Shown one piece after another: positions 13,512 to 25,900 of a stretch of 64,000 nucleotides of DNA (position 1 is its first letter; every line of letters begins with the position of its first letter). The position numbers and the translations under genes were made by a program. Origin of the DNA: Dipteris shenzhenensis (taxonomy: Eukaryota); NCBI GenBank assembly GCA_047967505.1, contig CM106538.1. The stretch is one strand, 5' to 3'. A model generated the notes under the pieces. It was not told the origin of the DNA, did no database searches, and saw only the letters and a program-made list of their open reading frames with translations.

Positions 13512-14513
13512 TGTTAGATATCACTGCTCCACTCTTGTGTAACTACACGACGAGAACCAACTAACTCTACTTGTAAGCCCCCCATATGAGGAAAAGGCAT
13601 TTGAGTAGCTCGGTTATCTGGTAGGTTCTGGTTTGGACAACAGATGGGGGCCATGTGTGGCCTGATGACTGGATGGCTTAGATAGAGTTGGCACACCACC
13701 AACTAGGCTACATGCAAGTGCGGGAAGGCATCCCTTGATTGACTGCACTGAGGGTAGACGGAGCATTTCTCGGGGTAGCCCACTCTCGGGTTGCAGGGCG
13801 CGTTTGGAGCCTCAGGTGATCCCGGATGGCTCTGGGCCGAACGGAGTCCGTAGGTTAGTTGCTCTATTTTGCGCATCGGTTCTATCGTATGGTCGGTGAC
13901 CTATTTCAGGACCGACCCCCAGTCTCGGGGGGGTCACTATGTATAAACCCTCTATACCACGTGTGTTCAAGGCATATTTCTAGAATCCCTTTTCTGTAAA
14001 TTTTTCATTAATAAAATGTACCCCTTTTCTATACAAATCTGTAAATTTTTTCCAAAACTATTTTAAATAGTCCCTTATGTATATTTATTTTTTTAAATTT
14101 TAGAAATAAAAAATATCCTTCTGTTGAACTCACGTGATAGGGGTACATATGATGAGTGACCCCCCCGAGCCCCCAGTCGACCATTTTGGGCGGACTGGGT
14201 CGATCACCCAATTGAGCCTAACCGACTACAACTAGTGGCTATATAAGAGCAAGCCCGTGAAGGCCATTTCATCACTGGCTATAGCAACCCTGATTCCTTA
14301 GCATCCAACCTCTGTCTTCTACTATTTCCAGCATGCCATCGAAGCTTCTTTCACAGGAGCGCATTCACAGGAGCGCACGGTTGGGAGGTAGCACCATCTA
14401 TTGTATCAGTTCTACAGTAATCAAATTTTTGATTCTCCATACTATCTTGTTTTCTCTCTTGCATACGAGATCCTGTTATCTGTTGAGCACATGCATTGTA
14501 TTATTTTCTTACA
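13512..14513 (+). repeat. Copia 3' LTR (contains MITE)
   Basis: Repeat of 9018-9747 plus a 246-bp insertion and its TSD. Confidence 0.95.
13924..14169. mobile_element. MITE, 15-bp TIR CTCGGGGGGGTCACT, 8-bp TSD CCCCCAGT
   Basis: TIRs at both ends. TSD at 13916-13923 and 14170-14177. The 5' LTR (~9417) shows the empty site. Confidence 0.95.
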
Positions 14514-16799
14514 GAGGTGTTCCTCTTCCTCCACCCTTTCCAGCAGCTTGAGTGATTTCGCCCCTCAGTGGCCCATTAGGTGGGCTGGATGAATAGTATC
14601 TAACCCTCTACTTGCCTTGAGTTAATGCTCAAACTTCTCTTGGAAGTCTTGTACCAAGTTTTGGGCATCTTTTACGTATTGCTTTTCTAAGACCGGGTCA
14701 GGATAGGTTTCCTTATAGGAGGGCGAGGGTGCTAGCCTTGGGCCTGTATTGGATTGTTTACCTCTGGACTCAGAGGCACTTCGGGGTCACGTTGGGTGGA
14801 AACGTTATCGAAATCGGAGGAGGTGGCGAGAGTAGCTGTCTCCTCATCAGAACCATCTTGGATGAGCACCTAGTCGAAGCCATCACCTACCTGAATGGCC
14901 TTCTTGGACCAAGTTAGGGGGTGTGGAGCGAGATCTCGGGGCTAGGCAATAAGGACCCTTTATCCTTCCTTACCAGCTTCCTCATGGTCTCCTTGTGGGA
15001 TAGTCTTGGAACAGATGCTCAGTCCCACACCCCGCACACAAGGGTGTGGAGTTGGTCATGGTTGGAGCGGCAGGGGTACGATCCTTATATGGATATTCCT
15101 TCAAGAAATGTGGCCCATGGCATTTGAATCAAGACACCGGAGGGTTTGAAGTACCTCCATAGGGGCATTCACTTGCTCTTTGGGGACCCTGGCAGGTGTA
15201 ACATTGGAGCAGAGGTCTTCGAGCGATTGAGTTTAGGTCTCTTGCCGTTGTGTTGACAGGATCGGTTTGGAATACGAGGACCTATTGATCCTCTGGCAGG
15301 AGTTAGTGGCTCAGGATGCCACTTCCCTCCTTGTAGGGGTAGTAATCATGAGGTCCATGATCTGGATTCGTCTCCTCCTAGTCATTGGGCACTTCCTCTA
15401 CCAGCACCTAATTTACTGGTGTTATACGAGGTAGTGGGGGTTGTGGGCCCAATATGGGTGGTGGTAACAGGATGAGCTTTGTACTAGCTAGAACTACCCA
15501 CAGGACCACCCTGTGTGATCATGGGGTTAGGCAGGGCCCTTAGGGTTAATGGGGGTTTCATTTGATACATGGGTTGGGGAAGGGACTTCAAAAATTGACA
15601 TTGGAGTATCATGGTTTCATCACTTATGGCAGTGTGCACAGTAGAGTGTTGGCTTTGCCCTTAGGCGTAGACATCATTGGAGGGGTGGTTGCCATTACAT
15701 ACCCCACACCAGATGTTGTCTCTTTGTGGAAAAAAGTGGGGGTTGCTTGGCACGTCCTTGGAGGTTCCTGTCCTCCACTATTGGCCTAGTCGATCTAGCA
15801 AATTGGAGGCCAGCTCACTCATATCCAAGCTCTTGGGCTCATTGGTCTCCTGCTTGATCATTTCTACACTTGAATACCTAACCGATGGAGCTATTTATGA
15901 GGGATCCGGGGTTTTATCCGAATGCGCCTTGTCCATCATGTTGTCACATATGCAGATGGCCACCTTGCTGCATAAATCGAAGGAGGCAGGATTCATCAAC
16001 ATTAGGTAGTCGTGCAGCTTTGGGTCTGCCAATCCGATAAGGAAGCGGGGCAACAATCATTTGTCACTCATTCACTCGTACAATTCACAATGAGCATTGA
16101 GGTGCTTGATTCAGGTAGTGTAATCCCTTAGGGATTCCTTATCGCTCTACTTTACCCCATACAATTGATTAATCGAGGTCCATTTATGGTCATTGGTGGG
16201 GGCGAACGCCACAATGAAGGCCTTTCTCAATGTCTCCCAGTTGATTTTCTCTTTTGAGGTAAGAGCCCTATACCATTGGCTTGCTTTGCCATCCAAGCTA
16301 AGACCAAACACATTGCCCATTTCTAGGTCCCCGAGAGCACCAAAAGCTTCACAAATTTACTCAAATTGCTCCATGTGGGAGATCGAGTCTCCTTCTCCAA
16401 GGAACTGTCATTTGAACTTGGAGATTGCTATGGGTTGACTCCTCAAGGGATTCTCAATCCCTGCAGTAAACACTAGGGCAGGCGGAGGTGGCATGGCCCC
16501 CCTTCCTAGGGCATTCACCAAGATGTGCATTGCCTCATCAATTAACACTGTGGCAAGGGTGGTGTTGCTATGGGCCTAACGGGATGCAGGGCTGGCCTTA
16601 AGCCTAGCCCTGGTGGTGGTATCCACGTAGTTGCAAGTACCGGCATTGGAACAAATGTACCAAGGCCTGCATTCATCGGTGCAAAAAGTACAAGAGCATG
16701 TACATCAAGCCTTTGAAGGTCATATATTCATGTCCAAGTTTGAGATGAAAAAAGTTAATGAAGAGCATTTACATCAACGGCTTCAATTCTAACGCGCCA

Positions 16800-19700
16800 A
16801 CACAATAACAAAAGCAACTATAGACGTGCTTGGTAGACACGCAAAATAGCGGGCACGTCTATAGGCATTGCTTGAATAGAGAAATTATGAGTGCATCTAA
16901 TAGCTCGTCTATTTGTGCGTGTATTAACATGTCTATTTGCGTGTCTACACTGAGAAAATACAGGCCCGTCTAACATTGCATTTATCAACGCATCTATTTA
17001 CGCGTGTATTAGCGCGTTTACATTGGGAGTTAGACGCATATTTAGACATGTATTTAGACGCAAACTAGAGAATACAGAAAGTGAGTTTTTGGTGTACATC
17101 ATTGCTTTCCAAATATTGCCCATGATTACCAAAGCACATAATTTTAACAAAAACATCAATGCTTTTTTGCAAGCCCACATATAAAAGAATTAAGTGAGGT
17201 GAGGAGAATGAGACAATATGTAAAATAGTTTTGCCAATATTAATGATGGGCTACGGTTCAATCTCATCCTCAATGAGATCAACCCTTGCCAAACTATCTA
17301 CTTCAAAATCCAAACAAGTGTTTAGATCTACAAATACATTCAACCCACTACTACTTGTGCTACTCATGTGCTCCATATGCTCCATATTAGTAAATGTACT
17401 ATACATCACTTTGGAACGTGGCATAATAGGTATGACATGACACCATCTATTATTATCCACCATTGGTGTATAGACAACCTAATTCAAACACAAATACAAT
17501 CATGTTTTTTTTGTTGCATCAAATATTTAAAAGCGAGTATTTTTATATGTGTGCATAGTACCTGTTCACATTGTTGTGGTAGTACTAGTGTGTCCTTCCT
17601 CCTTTGCCAACACTTTATGGAGTCAATAGTTACAAAGCCACTTGCATGGCATTTGATTGTTGCATTAGGGGCTCTTTCCACCACGTCCTTAAACAAATTT
17701 ACATCCAAAACATACACAAAGAAGCGTCGAAAGTCAAGCTTAATAATATCTTGGATTATGCCATAATAATCATCCATGGCTCCATTGGCTCCCTCAAAGC
17801 TAGCAATGACGCTGCAATCTTGTGTGTTTCTCTTATCATCAATCCGTTGTGTTCGAAAATGCTTGCCCTCACACCATATAGCATTGAACATAGTGCACGA
17901 TAAAAGATGGAGTATCTAAACAAAATAAAGTGTTAGCGGGCAATCTTTATTTCCAACCAATATAGCACACAATAGTTACAAACCTTACCGGCTCATGCCA
18001 AGTGGTGGAGTCATGGAACCGTCACAAATTCTCATCCAATCTCCTGCGGTGAGTGATTGTGGGAGGACTTCATTCCCAGGGGCAACATATCTAGGATGAT
18101 CAGGTGGGAGAAATCGATGGTGATTCTCATATATGAACTTATTCAATGCATCTGCCCATGAGGCAACTAGCGAAGGACCACAAACAGGACATGCATGGTA
18201 ACTGGATGTAGTGAGACCTGAACAATAGATGCAATTAAGAGTTGAAGGTGCCATATCCTTTGCCTATTCATAGCGACAGCATAACATGTCCTTTCTAAAT
18301 AGCCATAGAGGGTGGAAGATTACAATTCACCAATATCACTGGCCATACACTGTAAGAGGTGCTTTTGAGACCAAATGGGTTCACACCATCCATACCCAAC
18401 CCAAGTCTCAAGCTCCTAGGTTCTTCCCTGAAGCTTGGCCATGTGTCTTCAATATTATGCTTCCACGCAGGAGAGTCTGTGGGAGTTCTCCACTTGCCAT
18501 CGGTTGATCAATGGGAGGAATGCCATGGCATTAAAACTTGCATTGCTCCATCCATATATGGTTTGCAAGTTTAGTAACTCAATGGAGGCACGTAGAACAG
18601 AGAATGTGCATCCCTCAAACAGTGCAGTCGATGCTGTAGTAAAAAGATCATCCTGCTCCATGCTATCATCCCTCCCTTGATGGACATATAAATCCCGCAT
18701 CATATCATCAAACACCTCCTCCTCCATGGCTTCATGAGGTAATGGTGGAGGGCTACTATCACCATCACTCCATGCATCCGTAACGGTCCCTCCTGAAGAT
18801 CCCACCTCATATCACTAATGCTTCTCCTCCTCATGGCGAGCATAGGGCAACATATGCAGGTGGGGCACTGCATCCTATATCAAATTAAAACAGGATCATA
18901 ACTCAAACATATGAACACCCATAGGTATCTCAATCAACCTTAACTCTTTAACACTTACCATGTTTATGGTCGCATCCCATTCTCCATACTTTGAGATGTG
19001 ATTGAGTGTAATCCTGTGTGCATGATACATGTTTCCTCGACATCGATCACACATACATTTGATTTTTTACTCCAACCACATTTCGCGACGGTGGATATGG
19101 AGGGATTCATCCTCACTGGAGTACTTGTTCAAGATGAAGACATCCTATAAACAAACAACCCAAAAAATTTTTCTTTTCTTCAAATATTTAATTTTAAACT
19201 CTGTGGCGCGTCTAAAGGCACATCTAAAAATGCAACTGTATGTTCTGTGGTGCATGTCTACAACCGCATCTGCTTTGTGTATCTAGACGTGCAATTACAT
19301 GCATATTTAGATGCGTGTATAGACGCACTATTAGACGCGCTTATAGATGCGGTTTTTAAATCTTCTTTTAGCGTGCTCGATTTGCTTTTCTTCACATTAC
19401 TTATACTTCGCGCGGCTTGCTTGCTTTGCTATTAGTAGATCCATAGTTTCGACGCTTAAGAGGAAGGCACCCACACTTACTTCTAAGCTTACACTTAAGA
19501 GGAAGGCACCCACACTTACTTCCAAGCTTAAAGGAAAAGAGGGTGAACAAGGAAGAGAAGCAACTTTGAAAAAGGAGAAGCAGCTTCCATACCTCTATCC
19601 AAGGTAAGTTTTTTTACAGTTGATCTTTTTTGAAAGTTGCTCTCTTTGGATTTTTCCTTTGTCGTATCCAAGAAACGCATGATTTTGGTATCAGCGTTAT

Positions 19701-22080
19701 GTTTTTGTGTCGAGCACATGTCCTTTTCTACTTTTTAGAAAAGTCTGTCTGTCAGAGCGCGTCTATAGATGCGTCTTAGAGCGTGTCTAAAAATTGCATC
19801 CATAGGCGTGTCTAGATGCGCGTCTAGCCTGTTTGCAGACACAAACAGCCACATCTATAGACACACTATTATACGCAAAAATAGATGCACTTCTCAGATG
19901 CGTCTATAGATGTGCTCCAACAGTAATCTTTTCTTCCCTTCCCCTTTCTTCTCAGCTCATTCGTAATCATCTTTTTTTCTTTTTTCTAGTTCATCATGTG
20001 GCCAGGAAGCTCTTCGGGCTCACCTGATCTTCGGGAGTCTATTTTTAGGAACTTTTAAAATGGAGTCCTGCAGAGTTATACGGGTATATGACGGGTACTC
20101 TAAACACCTCCCAGGAGTCGGCACTACATACTCCAAACTACCCCACACCAACTGAGATTACCCCAGTGGAGTCAGCACAACCCAGCCAGCTACACAACCG
20201 AGGCTCTTCTCCCATGCCGTCTTATCCCCCTTCCCCCATGCCATCTTATGCCCCTTCCCCCATGCCATCTTATGCCCTTCCCCCATGCCATCAGGAGGTC
20301 CTTCTATCTCACAGAGCCGTCGGCGTAGTACTCCTGTGCAGTTGAGACTGTGCAGTTGAGACTCGATTCTCCAGCTACGAGTGGTCCACCTAGTCCCGTG
20401 CAATCTCCAGCTACGAGTGACCAGCGTACTAGCTCGACATGACACGGTAGCAGGCGTAGTAGCAGGGAGAGTGGTGGAGGATGCATGGCATAGTGCTTTG
20501 GGAGGGGTGGTGGTGGGGACGATGATGATTCAGATGATTTAGACGTGGCTCTGGGTGATGGTACGATGTTCTATGACATCACTCAGACAGGAGGCATCTT
20601 GATGGATGCACGGGGGAAGGACATCATGGCCTTCATGCACTTTGTAATTGCTAACAATTACATAGATTGCTTTATCTAGTACAAAGACCAGCCAAAGAGG
20701 TTGGCTGATGAGACCCTTGCTGCTGTTCGCTCTAGGTATCCTAACCCCCCCAATTGTCAGTTCACAGATAAATGGGCCAAGTCAAATATTGTTACGATAC
20801 TTGGTAATAAAAGATCTTCACTTAAGAGGCAGGCACTAGTGAAGCTTGCCAGGCTCAAGGGAGGTCAACCACTAAGGGGCCCGCCCCACACCGCTCACAA
20901 GCATGAGTGGAAGAAAGCAATGAAGTCAGCGAGGGAGGACCCCAATCTACAGCATGTGGAGGCATGAAGGATACAGATGGAGCAATATGGAAGCATGCAT
21001 TTTAGAGTAGGGGGTGTTGAATCATGGGAGGCCCAATTTGTAAGTATCGATCTCAAATTATATTGCTTATGTAGTTTATTAGGAGGTTGTTTCTTTGTAC
21101 TAACCCCTCCGCAAATTGTGTCATCTTGCAGCTTGATATCGTGGGTAGATAGCCTACTCCTATCAAGACAGCCTACCACCACCACCATCGAAGAGGAGAT
21201 ACATGGAAGCACTTCTATCATGACGGGTTGATTATTGAGGAGTAGTATATCCGGGCTACTGGAGCGGCCCTCGAGGTATTTGAAAGTAATTAAATAATGT
21301 CAATATTATAAGTAAAGATTTGATTTTTCATACATTGATATATGTTGTCCCTTGTTTACAGCTCCCTGCACAAGAAGACGAGCAAGAAGACGAGAAAGGA
21401 GGCAGAGAAGGGAGCATAGAAGGGAGCGTAGAAGGGAGCGTGGAAGGGAGCGAGGACGTAGAGAACATAGATTAGTCATAGAAGTAGTGCTGGTGGCTAC
21501 TCTTTTTTGTACTTAAAGCCACTAGCTTGGCTTCGTGCCTCTTGTATATACACTCCTCTTATTTTTTGTACTTGAAGCCACATGACGTGGCTTAGCTTCG
21601 TGCTATATGTACATACAAGCACTTTTTGAGCTTTCAATTTTATTGCATTTTGGAGTTGTAATGTTTTATTTGGAATTGTAATTAAAATGGGGTTGGCTAT
21701 AAGAATTGAATTACACAATGTGGAAATGGGATTCTTGTAACTATATAGCATACACAACATACATAGCATTATGTAAATTTTAAAAAAAATATTATGTAGT
21801 GCATCTATTAGTGCGTCTATAAACGTGTCTATATACGCGTCTATCTATTCGAGAAGCATCTATTTGCGCATCTATAAGACCGTTTATAAATGCGTCTATA
21901 CATGCGTTTAACTATGCGTCTGTCTGTCTTTTAAATTTTTTAGCAAAGCATCTATTTACGAGTCTAGATGCGTGTCTATACATGCGTCTGTCTGCTATAT
22001 AGACGCGTTGTTAGACGTGGGTCTCTAGACACAAAAATAGACACGCAAATAGACGTGCCCGTAAACTTTTTTTTTTAGTT
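16800..22080. mobile_element. CACTA/En-Spm element A: internally deleted transposase on the minus strand (~19140-17230) plus a divergent second gene
   Basis: Minus-strand CMCDRC Zn motif (~19050), GMDGVNPF, GYHACPVCG, DDYYGIIQDI..LVLPQQCEQV. Clusters of AGACGCGTCT-like subterminal motifs. TTTTTTTTTTAGT at ~22067-22079 resembles a CACTA end. Left end not found. Confidence 0.8.
20088..21470 (+). pseudogene. Second CACTA gene (TnpA/Ptta-like candidate), multi-exon, decayed
   Basis: Pro/Ser-rich N-terminus, then RSRYPNPP..WAKSNIVTILGNKRSSLKR..HEWKK..MHFRVGG, reminiscent of the En/Spm second protein. GT-AG introns at ~21041-21132 and ~21276-21361. Confidence 0.45.
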
Positions 22081-22084
22081 CAGT

Positions 22085-22993
22085 AAACATGTCTGTGTGT
22101 GCGTCTGAGGGTGCTTTGTCTTGTTGTGTTGCTTGTAGACATAGTTGATGAGGTGGCCATTATAGGTACCTTCATAGTTGGTGGATTTTTTTCTCGAGCA
22201 GTTTATGAAAATTTTGAAGGAATTTGTAAGACAAAGAGCAAGACCAGAAGCAAGCATGGCAGAGGGATGGCTTGTGCAAGAGTCATTAGTATATATCATG
22301 GAGTTTCTTGTATCCACGGATCTTGATATGCCGGAAGCTTGGCATAACAAGGATGATGATCGCATCATTGGCAAGGTTCGCCACGAAAAAGGGATTGAAA
22401 GAAAGATGAGCGACGAGCAAATGGAGAAATTCAATAAGTTTTGTATCCTCAATAGCAAGGAGATGCAGAAGTGGATTGAGAGATATGAAGCAGCCAAAGC
22501 AGAAAGAATAAATGCAAGGACAAGATTCAGAGTAATGTATAGGCAATAACAACCATATCCTCCGGATATCGCCCTTCTCCCCACTCACATGTCACTTGAT
22601 TGGCTACAACTGGCTCTACGTCTACGTAAAGCTGAACACGATGGAGAGACAATAAACGAGCACAAGCGAGAGTTATCATCTGGATGTATGATGCATGTAA
22701 GTTTCTTACCTCTTGATGTAATTAAGTGATTATTTGTTGGCAATATACGCTATAAAATAGATGCATCTTCATTGTTTTAATGAAGCTCTTTTGCAGTACA
22801 AAAAGTACAGTCCATTATGGTCATAATATGGACGACATTTTCGTGTGGAATGCATCGATTCAAAGAGAGTCATGTATGATTGTGGAGTCATGCCTAACTT
22901 CACACAAGGTAGTCGAGCAAGTGCTTCGGATAGCAATCTTCTCTCCTCACAGCTAGATTATTGTGGAACCATATGCGAAATCTATGAAATTGA
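22085..22993 (+). pseudogene. CACTA transposase C-terminal fragment (different subfamily)
   Basis: FLEQFMKILKEFVRQRARPEASMAEGW and QLDYCGTICEIYEID. Confidence 0.85.
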
Positions 22994-25900
22994 TGCCACA
23001 ACTGCATATGTTGCCCTATGCTCACCGTGAGGAGGCGAAGCGTCGACGATATGAGGTGGGATCTTCAGGAGGGACCGTTACGGATGCATGGAGTAATGGT
23101 GATAGTAGCCCTCCACCATTACCTCATGAAACCATGGAGGAGGAGGTGTTTGATGATATGGTGTGGGATTTATATGTCCATCAAGGGAGGGATGATAGCA
23201 TGGAGCAGGATGATCTTTTTACTGTAGCATCGACTCCACTGTTTGAGGGGTGCATATTCTCTGTTCTACGTGCCTCCCTTGAGTTACTAAACTTGCAAAC
23301 CATCTATGGATGGAGCAATGCAAGTTTGAATGCATTACTCAAGTAAGCTTTAAAGTCTATTTTGCTAGTGGGTCAATTACTCCAATGCTTTTCCTCATTT
23401 ATGGTCTTCACGTGTAGGCTATTGTGTAAAATGCTTCCAAGGGAGAATAAATTACCAACCTCAAGAGATGTGGCGAGGCAACATGTGACCTCTCTTGGAG
23501 GATTAGATTACAAGCGCATCCATGCATGCGTCAACGATTGCGTTTTGTTTTGTGGACTACATAAGGATGCGAGAGAGTTCCCTACTTGTGGAGAGGCAAG
23601 ATATAGAGTAGATCTCAAAACTTTGGACGTGTGTCGTAAGGTTTTGCGACATTTTCCCATAATCCCTTGCATCCAACATATGTTCAAGTGCAAATCCATT
23701 GCAGAGCTCATGTCATGGCATTCCTCCCATCGATCAACCAATGGCAAGTGGAGAACTCCCACAGACTCTCCTGCGTGGAAGCATATTAAAGACACATGGC
23801 CAAGCTTCAAGGAAGAACCTAGGAGCTTAAGACTTGGATTGGGTATGGACGGTGTGAACCTATTTGGTCTCAAAAGCACCTCTTACAGTGTATGGCGAGT
23901 GATATTGGTGAATTATAATCTTCCACCCTCTATGGCTATTAAGAAAGGACATGTTATGCTATCCCTTCTAATTCCAGGGAAACATAAAGTAAAAAATCCT
24001 AATGTTTATTTTAAGCCTTTGATTGACGAGCTAGAGATACTTTGGAGAGGTATCGAGGTGCATGATGTGAGCAGGCCTCCCTCATCATGAGACTTCAACT
24101 GCAAAGCAGTCTTGATGTGGATGATGCATGACTTCCCAGGCTATGGCAAGTGTTCAGGTAAGCATTGCACTTCTAATTATGAATAGGCAAAGGATGTGGC
24201 ACCCTAAACCCACCTTCAACTCTTAATTGTGTCTATTGTTCAGGTCTCACTACATCGGGTTACCATGCATGTCCTATTTGTGGTCCTTCACTAGTTGCCT
24301 CACGGGCAGATGCATTGAATAAGGTCATCTATAAGAATCACCATCGATTTCTCCCACTTGATCATCCTAGATATGTTGCCCGTTGCAATGAAGTCCTTCC
24401 ACAATCACTCACCACGGGAGAGTGGATGAGAATTTGGGACGGTTCCATGACTCCTCCACCACTTGGCATGAGCCGATAAGGGTTTGTAACTATTGTGTGC
24501 TATATTGGCTGGAAATAAAGATTGCCCGTTAACACTTTATTTTGTTTAGATACTCCATCTTTTATCATTTACCATATTGGTCCCACCTCAAGATCAATCA
24601 CTTGCTTGATCCCATGCATATCTTCAAGAACGTGGCATCTACCATTTGGGAGCATTTGAATGGGACACGAGATTCCGTAGGCATAAGGGAGGATCTACGT
24701 ACCACAGGGAGGATGCATGAAGCTTGGCCACAAGAGAGACCAAATGGGCGTGTTTTTTTACCTCGTGCACCGTGGAGGTTATCAAAGCTAGAGATGGCGA
24801 CGGTGAAGCGTGCTATTACTACAATTCATACTCCCACTGGATGCATGAGGTGTTTGAAGGGAGCCTTTACAAAGAGCAAGAAAAGAGGTGTAGAGCAATT
24901 ATATGGCTTGAAATCTCATGATTGGCACAAGATGCTTCAAGTAAGTATTTTATGTGCATAATATCTATTTCCTTTCAAATTTGTGAGTGAATAATTATAA
25001 GCAACTAATAAATCACCTCCTCATGGGTTTAGTTCATACTACCTACTAGCATTTCACGTAGTGCATCGAAGGACGTGAAAGATTGTATTTACAAGATGGG
25101 CGAGCTTGTGAGGTACTTTACATGATACAAAATATGATGCGTATCAATGCTCCATGCAAGGTCTTCATATTGCTAATATGGTGTACTTTTTCATTTCTAG
25201 GTATGTGAGCTTAAAGGAAATAGATCCCACCACACTTGAGAATGCTTGAGTTATGTTAGTGGAGGTGGTTCTGGTTTGTTTAGTGGAGGAGATTTCCACA
25301 TTCTATTCTCACAAGGCAACTACATCTTATAGTGCATTTGGTGGATGAGATTGCTATATGTGGTACTATACATGCACGATGGTTGTTCTTCCTCGAGCGC
25401 TTCATAAAGACCTTGAAAGGCTTCGTGAGACAAAATGCAAGACCCGAAGGTAGCATGGCCGAGGGTTGGTTGGTATAAGAGTCACTTGTATATATTTTTG
25501 AGCTTCTTGTCTCCTTCTTGTTGATGTGAATAGCTCTCTCGCACGACTATGGAGAGATGATGAAGACCTAAGGATGACCTCTATTGTGCCTCAAGGGAAA
25601 GGACACAACAAAGTAATAGACATGGAGTTGCATAATAGTATCAACCTCTATTGCGTGCTTAATAGTGATGTGATCAAAAGATGGGTGACAAGATATGAGG
25701 ATGCAAAGGCAAGAAGACAAGAAGAAAGGGCCCTCTTTCGTACACACCACGGATCTCGTGTGCCATACCCTCAGTATCTAAGAGCACTTCCAAAGGATAT
25801 TCATGTGGATTGGCTACTTAATAAAATGGAGAAAGCAGAGAAAGACGAGGGGATGCATATCACAATGGAAGAATGGGAGTATGCTAGGGGATGCATGAGC

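Larger units (their letters stand above)
9018..14513 (+). mobile_element. Full-length Ty1/copia LTR retrotransposon (decayed)
   Basis: LTRs 9018-9747 and 13512-14513 (TGTT..TACA). Perfect TSD GAGGT (9013-9017, 14514-14518). PBS TGGTATCAGAGCC at 9748-9760. PPT GAGGGGGG at 13503-13510. Domain order gag-PR-INT-RT-RH. Confidence 0.97.
3841..16640 (-). mobile_element. Decayed Ty3/gypsy retrotransposon (gag ~16640-14519, PR ~8600-8440, RT start ~7620-7500, INT 7499-7074 and 4367-3841), interrupted by two LTR elements; most of RT-RNaseH deleted
   Basis: Gag FGLSLDGKASQWYR (rc ~16270-16310); protease half IEPLGVLTGINIKV; RT start QHTIPMLDDARPIRQHPYPMNPKY fused directly to INT CDPCQR..PFEKWGIDFI..AIDYFTKWVE; INT C-terminus ALWAYKTSYK..TPFSLAF..GPY. 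Its own LTRs were not identified. Confidence 0.85.
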
